Origin: Methylorubrum extorquens
GTDB lineage: Bacteria > Pseudomonadota > Alphaproteobacteria > Rhizobiales > Beijerinckiaceae
Length of the DNA: 32,000 nt
Assembly (NCBI GenBank): GCA_900234795.1
Contig: LT962688.1
Coordinates: 3,420,001 to 3,452,000 of the forward strand
Direction: 5' to 3'
In this document: positions 26,399 through 32,000 of the stretch, in pieces
Layout: every line of letters begins with the position of its first letter
Numbering within the stretch: the first letter of the stretch is position 1
Position numbers and translations under genes: made by a program
Notes under the pieces: model-generated
Databases searched by the model: none
Seen by the model: only the letters and a program-made list of their open reading frames with translations
Told to the model about the DNA's origin: nothing

Positions 26399-26665
26399 AT
26401 GGCTGACAAGGCGGTTCCCCACTTCCACAATCAGGCCGGCGTGACCGTGATCGCGGTGGGCTCGAAGGAGTTCATGTGCATCGGGGCGCTGCCGCCCTTC
26501 GATCATCCGCACGTCTTCCTCGACATGGGCAGCGAGACCGAGATCATCTGCCAGTACTGCTCGACCCTGTTCCGCTACGACCCGAAGCTGAAGTCTGGCA
26601 CGGCGGAACCGGCCGGGTGCGTGTGGCACGACGAGACGCCCGACAAGACCGCCAAGGCGGCCTGA
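26399..26665 (+). CDS. zinc-finger (zf-CHCC, NDUFS6-like) domain protein
   Basis: 88 aa. The core CIGALPPFDHPHVFLDMGSETEIICQYCSTLFRY is the CHCC zinc-ribbon common in alphaproteobacteria. Confidence 0.75.
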   Translation: MADKAVPHFHNQAGVTVIAVGSKEFMCIGALPPFDHPHVFLDMGSETEIICQYCSTLFRYDPKLKSGTAEPAGCVWHDETPDKTAKAA

Positions 26666-26681
26666 CCGGACCGGGCCGTCC

Positions 26682-27869
26682 GTGGCGGCGCTCTCCATCG
26701 TCATCGTCGGCGCCGGGATCGGCGGCCTCACCGCCGCGCTTTCGCTCGCCGGGGCCGGCCATTCCGTCACGCTGATCGAGCGTCGCACCGGGTTCTCCGA
26801 GGTCGGCGCCGGCCTCCAGCTCTCGCCGAACGCCAGCGCGGTGCTAATCGGCCTCGGGCTCGGCGGGGCCCTGCACCGGGCGGGCGACGAGCCGCCGGGC
26901 GTCACCGTGCGCGCGCTGACCACCGGCCGCGTCGTCGGCGGCATCCGCCTGGGCGCGAGCATCCGCGAGCGTCACGGCGCGCCCTACTACGTTCTGCATC
27001 GCGCCGACCTGCAAACGATCCTGCTCGATGCCGTGCGCGGGCGCCCCGGCATCCGCCTCTGCGTCGGGCGCGAGGTCTCGGGTCTCGGCGAGACCGAGGA
27101 CGGCGTCAGCCTGACGGTGCGCAGCATCGATGGCGACCGCACCAAGACCCTCAACGCCGACCTCGTCATCGGCGCCGACGGCGTGCGCTCGAGCCTGCGA
27201 CAGCATTTCGACACGCGCCCACTGCGGCTCCATCGTCAAGCGGCGTGGCGGGCGGTGATCCCGCGCGAGGCGGCGCCCGAAGCGCTTCAGGGAGCCGAAA
27301 CGGGGCTCTGGCTGGGGCACCGGCGGCACGTCGTCCATTACCCGATCAACGGCGGCAAACGGCTCAACGTCGTGGCGATCGTCCCCGAGCGCGAGGGCGA
27401 CGAGGATTGGGGCCGGATCGGCGACCCGATGGTCCTGCGCGACCATTTTCCCGATGCGGCCCCGCCGCTGACGGAGCTGCTGACCCTTCCCGATAGCTGG
27501 ATGGTGTGGTCGCTGGTGGACCGGCCGGCGGTGCGGCCGATGGCACGGGGCCGGATCGCGCTTCTGGGCGATGCCGCTCATCCGGTGCTGCCGTTTCTGG
27601 CTCAGGGCGCGGCGCTCGCCATCGAGGACGCTGCGGTGCTGACGGCGAGCCTGTCGGCCCAGGCGAGCGTGCCCGAGGCGCTGGCTGCCTACGCCGCGGC
27701 GCGCCAGTCCCGCGTGCGGGCGGTGCAGCGGGCCGCCCGCCGCAACGGGCGCTTCTACCATGCCGGCCGGCTGATCAGCTTTGCCCGGGATACGGTGATG
27801 CGCCGCGCCGGCCCCGAAGGCATGAGCGCGCGCTACGCCTGGGTCTACGGCTGGCGCCCACCCGCTTGA
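26682..27869 (+). CDS. FAD-dependent monooxygenase (salicylate hydroxylase/UbiH-like)
   Basis: GTG start. Dinucleotide-binding fold: IVIVGAGIGGLTAALSLAGAGHSVTLIER. Also DLVIGADGVRSSLR and the GD motif RIALLGDAAHPVLPFLAQGAALAIEDA. Confidence 0.85.
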   Translation: MAALSIVIVGAGIGGLTAALSLAGAGHSVTLIERRTGFSEVGAGLQLSPNASAVLIGLGLGGALHRAGDEPPGVTVRALTTGRVVGGIRLGASIRERHGAPYYVLHRADLQTILLDAVRGRPGIRLCVGREVSGLGETEDGVSLTVRSIDGDRTKTLNADLVIGADGVRSSLRQHFDTRPLRLHRQAAWRAVIPREAAPEALQGAETGLWLGHRRHVVHYPINGGKRLNVVAIVPEREGDEDWGRIGDPMVLRDHFPDAAPPLTELLTLPDSWMVWSLVDRPAVRPMARGRIALLGDAAHPVLPFLAQGAALAIEDAAVLTASLSAQASVPEALAAYAAARQSRVRAVQRAARRNGRFYHAGRLISFARDTVMRRAGPEGMSARYAWVYGWRPPA

Positions 27870-27903
27870 TCTGGCCTCACCGGACCGCTACCGCTGCGCC
27901 GAT

Positions 27904-27990
27904 GCGGACGTGGCGAAACCGGTAGACGCACGAGACTTAAAATCTTGCGGCCGCAAGGCTGTGCGGGTTCGAGTCCCGCCGTCCGCACCA
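27904..27990 (+). tRNA. tRNA-Leu (anticodon TAA), type II with long variable arm, CCA encoded
   Basis: Hand-folded. Acceptor stem GCGGACG/CGTCCGC. D arm GCG-AAACCGGTAGA-CGC. Anticodon stem CGAGA/TCTTG with loop CTTAAAA. Variable arm CGGCCGCAAGGCTGT. T arm GCGGG-TTCGAGT-CCCGC. Discriminator A followed by CCA. Confidence 0.85.
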
Positions 27991-28133
27991 ACACTTAGCT
28001 CGGTTTGTGGTTCAGGTTAGATCGCGTCGGGGTAACGCTGAGGGTAACAGCGACACGACCTCTAGCAAGCCGACCGGACCGGTGATTTGCCGCCGGGCGC
28101 GACAATGGACCGCTGGAGGCACCAGCGAAAAGG

Positions 28134-28304
28134 TCAGGCGCTGGCGACGCCGGCACGCTCAGCGAGGGCGCGTGCTCGGTTCATCTGCCTGACGGAGGCG
28201 TGCCACAGCGCCTCGCCGATCCAGCCCAGCACGAGGGCGAGGTGGAGCAGCGCGACGGCGAACCGGACGCGGCTCCTGGCTCGATAGACGAGGATCAAGC
28301 GCAT
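28134..28304 (-). CDS. small hydrophobic hypothetical protein (56 aa)
   Basis: ATG at 28304 overlaps the end of the upstream ORF. The product MRLILVYRARSRVRFAVALLHLALVLGWIGEALW contains one predicted TM helix. Weak evidence. Confidence 0.35.
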   Translation of the reverse strand: MRLILVYRARSRVRFAVALLHLALVLGWIGEALWHASVRQMNRARALAERAGVASA

Positions 28305-28534
28305 GACCGGCCCTCGCACTCAGCCGCGACCTTCAGGGCAGCTTCCCACTGAGCAGCCAGCTTCCGCCCCCGTTCCCTGAGAAGGTCCGCCATCAGGTGC
28401 AGCTCTGCACCTTCGACAACCACGTCAGACGAAGCCATGTGAGAGAGGACGGCGCCGATCCGCTCAATGTCCTTCACGTCGCCTTCCATGTCGGCGATTT
28501 CGGTCCAAGCCCCTCGGGCGGGAGACGGCCTCAT
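28295..28534 (-). CDS. hypothetical protein (79 aa)
   Basis: ATG at 28534 overlaps the upstream TGA (TGATG). Acidic helical product with normal composition and no recognised domain. Confidence 0.45.
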   Translation of the reverse strand: MRPSPARGAWTEIADMEGDVKDIERIGAVLSHMASSDVVVEGAELHLMADLLRERGRKLAAQWEAALKVAAECEGRSCA

Positions 28535-28929
28535 CACCACTCCTCCCGCCAGTTGCAGCCCACAGCGCTCAAGACGAGAGCGGCGCGGGTGGAGGCCAGC
28601 GCCTCACCGCCATGATGATACTGCGCGCCGGGATTAGCCGCCGGGATGTAGTCGCCTGCCGTGGCCGGGCCCTTCGGCCTGCCCTCGCGGTCGTACATCT
28701 GCATCACGAAGGGCTGATGCAGGCGGTAATTCATCTCCGTGTTGCGGTAGCGCTCCCATTGGAGAAAGCGCCGCTCGAATTCGAGCCAAGCATCGTAGCT
28801 GTCGAGCAGGCTTTCCGTGATGGGGGCGGCAACCGCAGTCGGGCTGCCGATGAGCGTCACGCCGCCGCCGATCAGCGGAAGCGTGGCGAGGTCGCGGAGG
28901 AAGCCGCGACGGGATGCAGGGGCGCTCAC
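28534..28929 (-). CDS. hypothetical protein with twin-arginine (Tat) signal (131 aa)
   Basis: GTG at 28929 overlaps the upstream stop (GTGA). N-terminus VSAPASRRGFLRDLATLPLIGGGVTLIGSPTAVAA fits S/T-R-R-x-F-L plus an h-region and AxA. Confidence 0.55.
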   Translation of the reverse strand: MSAPASRRGFLRDLATLPLIGGGVTLIGSPTAVAAPITESLLDSYDAWLEFERRFLQWERYRNTEMNYRLHQPFVMQMYDREGRPKGPATAGDYIPAANPGAQYHHGGEALASTRAALVLSAVGCNWREEW

Positions 28930-29246
28930 CGGAGGCCAGCCAGCAATTCGGCGTGGCGGGTCAGTTGCTCGTCCATGCCGTCCCAATCGCCGAGACCGTT
29001 ATCGTCGGTTAGGCCCTCGGCGTCTGGCTCGCCCTCAAGATCGCAGTCAGGCGTCAGCGCGTCGAGCAAGGCGATGCCCGCCTCGATCCGGTCGGCGATG
29101 GCGCGGCGCAGATCACGGATGCGGGGCTGGTCCGGATCTGCTGCCAGCATGACCCGCAGGGCATGCGTAACGGGCCCGATCTGTGGCTTGGGCGAGCGAG
29201 ACCGTTCACCGGCTCGTGCCGGTGCTGTAGGGTGGTGGATAGCCAT
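28926..29246 (-). CDS. acidic hypothetical protein (106 aa), first gene of a four-ORF minus-strand operon
   Basis: ATG at 29246, divergent from the RHH gene. The product is rich in Asp/Glu/Leu (DCDLEGEPDAEGLTDDNGLGDWDGMDEQL). No recognised domain. Confidence 0.5.
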   Translation of the reverse strand: MAIHHPTAPARAGERSRSPKPQIGPVTHALRVMLAADPDQPRIRDLRRAIADRIEAGIALLDALTPDCDLEGEPDAEGLTDDNGLGDWDGMDEQLTRHAELLAGLR

Positions 29247-29312
29247 GGGACGTCCTCAACTGACGTTGCTGGTCAGGGCTGAGACGGAAGTTGCACCTTC
29301 CCCTCAGTCCGC

Positions 29313-29364
29313 TTTTCGGTTAAACCAAAAAGCATGCTGATGTCAATTCCGGTTGAACCGAAAA
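29313..29364. promoter_or_regulatory. two 19-bp imperfect palindromes TTTTCGGTT-N-AACCGAAAA (putative operators of the adjacent RHH repressor)
   Basis: Site 1 is TTTTCGGTTAAACCAAAAA (29313-29331). Site 2 is TTCCGGTTGAACCGAAAA (29347-29364). The outer half-sites TTTTCGGTT and AACCGAAAA are exact reverse complements. The centres are 33 bp apart and straddle the RHH start codon. Confidence 0.5.
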
Positions 29365-29525
29365 GGCGAGGCCGTCCGGCCACAGGGCGCGACCCGCTCG
29401 TTGGGTTTCGTGCGCCTGCTGACCTTCTGGCGCAGCTGGATGCCTATGCGGCCAGGGAAGGGCTAAAGCGCTCAGAGGCTATTCGCCGTCTCGTCGAGGA
29501 GGCGTTGAGGGCGAGGCAGTCCTAA
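29334..29525 (+). CDS. ribbon-helix-helix (CopG/Arc-like) DNA-binding protein
   Basis: 63 aa. The product ...RGRPATGRDPLVGFRAPADLLAQLDAYAAREGLKRSEAIRRLVEEAL shows the beta-strand/helix/helix pattern of RHH regulators and antitoxins. Confidence 0.75.
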   Translation: MLMSIPVEPKRRGRPATGRDPLVGFRAPADLLAQLDAYAAREGLKRSEAIRRLVEEALRARQS

Positions 29526-29581
29526 GCAGCTCTATTGAGGAGGCGCCATGAAAGATGTTGATAACGCCGGGAGAATGAGGC

Positions 29582-29872
29582 TTAAGCCGCCTCCCGAGCA
29601 GCCTCTCTTGTAAGTCTCATTTTGATCATGTCATTTATTTGCTTTGTTGAATTGACGATTTTTAAGTTCGTTTTAATTTCTTCAAGCGCCATAATCTGAA
29701 GAAGCGGCACAAATGCAGCATTAACGAATGCTGAAGTCGCAATATCTATGCCCGCAAACGAGATCGTGACGTTTCTGCCACCCTTCAGATGGCCTGAAAG
29801 CATGTCATAAACAACTTGGCCTTGCTCCCCCGTGTATGCGCCAGGGAGAATGTCGATCAGATTGATCACCAT
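29582..29872 (-). CDS. STAS-like small protein (DUF4325-like), 96 aa
   Basis: AT-rich ORF. The product MVINLIDILPGAYTGEQGQVVYDMLSGHLKGGRNVTISFAGIDIATSAFVNAAFVPLLQ resembles DUF4325/anti-sigma-antagonist-like proteins. Its start overlaps the upstream GHKL gene by 7 nt. Confidence 0.7.
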   Translation of the reverse strand: MVINLIDILPGAYTGEQGQVVYDMLSGHLKGGRNVTISFAGIDIATSAFVNAAFVPLLQIMALEEIKTNLKIVNSTKQINDMIKMRLTREAAREAA

Positions 29873-30756
29873 GCTAGATCCTCCGGCTCGTCATCTACGA
29901 AGGTTATTGTATCAGTTCTTAGAACTATGTCGATTGTAGTTCCTGGGCAGAAACCTGGAACCTGACTGGGTATGATCTGGTATCCGCCCTCCCAGGGAGA
30001 GAAACGGACCATACCATTGAAAGATGATATAGTCACTTCTCCGCCATTCATACATACGACGGTTTGAAGCAGGAAATCCAAGCCAATCCCTCTATTCCGC
30101 GGGGTACTGCGCGTAGAGAAATCGACTTCAACGGCTTTCGCTATTGCTTGGTTGTCGGTCAGTCCTCTTACGACCTTTTCTACATTAGATGGAATTCCTA
30201 CTCCAAAGTCAGCAATAGCAATCTTCACGCGCTTTAAGTTTGGAAAATGTTGAGCGAAAATGCTGCCGTTTTCTCTCGATGAGTGATCTTGTATGTTGAT
30301 AAATATCTCGGACAGGCACGCTTGGAAGGGGTGCAGTGATGCTTTGCTTATCCCCAGAGTTGACGCAAGCCATGGTGTCAACTTCATCTGTATGAAGCTG
30401 TGGCTTTCAGAATGCTCAACCCGTCGAAGGTGCTGAGTCGTTCCCCGAGGAGAGCTATATGGATAGACCTTCTTGCCCAGATGCTGTTCAAAGAACAAGG
30501 AGTCATCAAGAAAGGCAATGCAGGCGGCTGGTCTATTGTAGTTGACAAAGCCGCACTTGATGCTTTTGTGATGCAGCCAATACACAAAATTACTGAGAAA
30601 GGTGATGCCTGCCGGCTCAATAAAACCTAAAAAATGAAAATCAAGTATAACCTGGGCGGGAAGGGTTTCCCCGCATCTATTTATGAAATCTTGCACTACG
30701 CCGCGTAGGGTATCGGTGTTCAGGCTGTAGGGAAGAGCAATTGTTATTTCTGACAT
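29866..30756 (-). CDS. STAS-like N-terminal domain + GHKL (HATPase_c, RsbW/SpoIIAB-type) ATP-binding protein, 296 aa
   Basis: AT-rich ORF. N box LSEIFINIQDHS, G1 box IADFGVGIP, G2 box RNRGIGLDFL, then GGEVTISS...GTTIDIVL. The N-terminal VILDFHFLGFIEPAGITFLSNFVYWL is STAS-like. Confidence 0.75.
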   Translation of the reverse strand: MSEITIALPYSLNTDTLRGVVQDFINRCGETLPAQVILDFHFLGFIEPAGITFLSNFVYWLHHKSIKCGFVNYNRPAACIAFLDDSLFFEQHLGKKVYPYSSPRGTTQHLRRVEHSESHSFIQMKLTPWLASTLGISKASLHPFQACLSEIFINIQDHSSRENGSIFAQHFPNLKRVKIAIADFGVGIPSNVEKVVRGLTDNQAIAKAVEVDFSTRSTPRNRGIGLDFLLQTVVCMNGGEVTISSFNGMVRFSPWEGGYQIIPSQVPGFCPGTTIDIVLRTDTITFVDDEPEDLAW

Positions 30757-30896
30757 TTGGCGCCCCGTGTCGACGGGACGCTTATAGTGCTATGGGTCTA
30801 CATGCTAGTGTTTCGTGGCAACATGGCTCTAAACCCTTTGCACGCACGGTCCGATCCGGTGATGCGAGCTGCCGTGTGGTGACTTCTTTGGAGTGT

Positions 30897-31499
30897 TCAG
30901 CCCCGGTAGTCGGCCGTCCGCCGGAACCATATCAGCGGCGCGTCCCGGTGCATTCCCGGCAACGCTACGAGGTCAACGAGCTGCCCGTGCTGAACGTCGT
31001 CGGCGTCGCGTACCAGCTTCTCGGGGGGCGCAAGCCAAGGCGCATCAGCCGGCCGGCCAGGATTGGCAGCCTTGATCTGCTCGTTGCAGGCCATCACCCG
31101 CTGTAGGATCTCAGTGATCGCAGCGGCGTGCTTCGGGTACTCCTCACGAATGAGAGCCGCGCAAGCGTCCCGCTCCTTCACTGCCGCCTCATAAGCTAGG
31201 CGCCCTCGCTCCGCCGCCTCTGCCCGCTCCACTTCAGCGAGCTTCATGTTGAGCCGCGCGATGGATGAGGTCGTCCGCTCTTCCTCGAAGCCTAGCCGGT
31301 GATGCGCCTCACGGGCTCGATCGGCCTCTTCCAGGCTGGTGAGGGGATCGACCGCCGTCGCTTTGGCGGCGATCAGGTCGGCGCGGATGCGCTCCAGGTC
31401 GAGCTTGAGGTCGGAAATCAGCGCCGTGATCTGGCCGGATGTGCGGGACTCCGTGAGCGCCGCACGAACCTGATCCGTGAGGGGAAGAACCTGCTGCAT
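30897..31499 (-). CDS. coiled-coil hypothetical protein (200 aa)
   Basis: ATG at 31499 overlaps the upstream TGA (TGATG). The central region is heptad-like (LISDLKLDLERIRADLIAAKA...IARLNMKLAEVERAEAAERGRLAYEAAVKERD). No family recognised. Confidence 0.55.
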   Translation of the reverse strand: MQQVLPLTDQVRAALTESRTSGQITALISDLKLDLERIRADLIAAKATAVDPLTSLEEADRAREAHHRLGFEEERTTSSIARLNMKLAEVERAEAAERGRLAYEAAVKERDACAALIREEYPKHAAAITEILQRVMACNEQIKAANPGRPADAPWLAPPEKLVRDADDVQHGQLVDLVALPGMHRDAPLIWFRRTADYRG

Positions 31500-32000
31500 C
31501 ACTTGCCCTCCTGCCAAGCGTTGCGCTGCCGCTCGCACATGCGCTCGTACTCGGTCGCGGCATCGCCAAGCGGCTGAGCGTCATGGGTCTGAGGCATTGC
31601 CGCTGCGCCGGGTGCGGTACCCAGCGGTGTCCTCCAGGCGTTCGCCTGTTGCTCGTTCATCTCCGCTCGGGCACGGGCGCCAGCATCCCGATCGATGCCC
31701 GTGCTCACGCTGGTGTCGCCCTGCGCCCAGCGACCGAGAAGCGTCGCCTCAATGGCCGGGGCTTGGTCCGCAAGCGCCGTGAGGAAGTCGAAGCCGATCT
31801 TGGGAAGCCGAGCATCGCCCATGGTCGTGCGGCCCATCTGAGCGCCGTATTGCCACGACAGGTCGCGGGCACGCTGTCCGGCCTGCCGAACCCGGAATGT
31901 CTCGTTGGACTGAAGGTCGGCAATGATGGAGGCCACCTGCGCCGCCTCGGGTGATGGGATCGCGTCCATGAAGCCCATCGGGGGCGTGATGTTGTTGGCC
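31499..32000 (-). CDS. hypothetical protein, C-terminal part (frame open to the window edge)
   Basis: The frame stays open from 32000 down to the TGA at 31499-31501, and the composition is normal. The M at 31978 may be internal. No family recognised. Confidence 0.45.
   Translation of the reverse strand, partial: ANNITPPMGFMDAIPSPEAAQVASIIADLQSNETFRVRQAGQRARDLSWQYGAQMGRTTMGDARLPKIGFDFLTALADQAPAIEATLLGRWAQGDTSVSTGIDRDAGARARAEMNEQQANAWRTPLGTAPGAAAMPQTHDAQPLGDAATEYERMCERQRNAWQEGK

Larger units (their letters stand above)
27991..32000. mobile_element. tRNA-Leu-adjacent horizontally acquired island (partial; far border outside window)
   Basis: Gene content changes immediately 3' of the tRNA to short coupled ORFs of unknown function, an RHH regulator, an AT-rich foreign cassette, and coiled-coil/unknown proteins. 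No integrase and no repeat of the tRNA 3' end was found inside the window. Confidence 0.5.

Noticed and set aside
26182-26962. 260-codon N-terminal extension of the map ORF (track ORF 25328..26962). Similar extensions occur on the transglutaminase (19453..19716), the ATP-grasp gene (24258..24521), the phasin gene (7916..8059) and degP (9567..9653).
   Set aside because: Family similarity begins at the internal starts I report. The extensions have shadow-like composition and, where checked, the internal starts have better SD sequences.
29548-29613. 21-codon ORF (MKDVDNAGRMRLKPPPEQPLL) with a strong GAGGAGG SD directly after the RHH gene, at the GC/AT boundary
   Set aside because: It is too short, has no recognisable similarity, and overlaps the 3' end of the convergent STAS-like gene. 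It may be the remnant of a gene (for example a toxin partner of the RHH protein) truncated by the AT-rich insertion, but that cannot be supported from sequence alone.
27991-32000. Search for attR (a direct repeat of the tRNA-Leu 3' end), an integrase, a transposase, IS ends or a CRISPR array in the island
   Set aside because: None was found by eye within the window, so no such feature is reported. The island call rests on context and composition only.

Overview
High-GC (about 70-80% G+C in sampled lines) alphaproteobacterial chromosomal DNA. Gene content and protein style suggest Methylobacterium or a related Rhizobiales member; that is inference only. Most long ORFs in the six-frame track are out-of-frame or antisense shadows, and I kept one coherent gene per locus.

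Left to right:
- EamA transporter fragment.
- Long acyl-CoA dehydrogenase.
- PAS-GGDEF-EAL c-di-GMP protein.
- Small conserved protein.
- Two divergent paralogous GT4 glycosyltransferases.
- Phasin gene with a palindromic operator, followed by a second phasin-domain protein with an acidic tail.
- DegP/HtrA protease.
- About 1020-aa repeat-GT2-GT4 glycosyltransferase.
- DUF21-CBS (CNNM/TlyC) protein with no canonical start codon.
- CobB sirtuin.
- The poorly understood circularly permuted ATP-grasp / alpha-E / transglutaminase / Anbu (proteasome-like) gene set. Here it is split by an opposite-strand block of four secreted low-complexity proteins, the first behind an EcfG-type stress promoter.
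- radC, map, a zf-CHCC protein and an FAD monooxygenase.
- tRNA-Leu(TAA) at 27904-27990.

Everything after the tRNA looks horizontally acquired. It holds four translationally coupled small ORFs, a ribbon-helix-helix (RHH) regulator with paired operators, and coiled-coil or unknown proteins.

The best candidate for an undescribed system sits in this island. It is a sharply AT-rich ~1.2 kb insert with two overlapping genes: a STAS-like + RsbW/SpoIIAB-type GHKL ATPase/kinase (296 aa) and a DUF4325/STAS-like 96-aa protein. It looks like an orphan partner-switch pair with no sigma factor, phosphatase or obvious effector nearby.

A second unexplained signal is a ~90-nt hairpin element present twice (15.4 kb and 20.4 kb) in 5' leaders. 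Its G-U-compatible substitutions argue for function as plus-strand RNA.

No CRISPR array, rRNA, transposase or integrase was seen.
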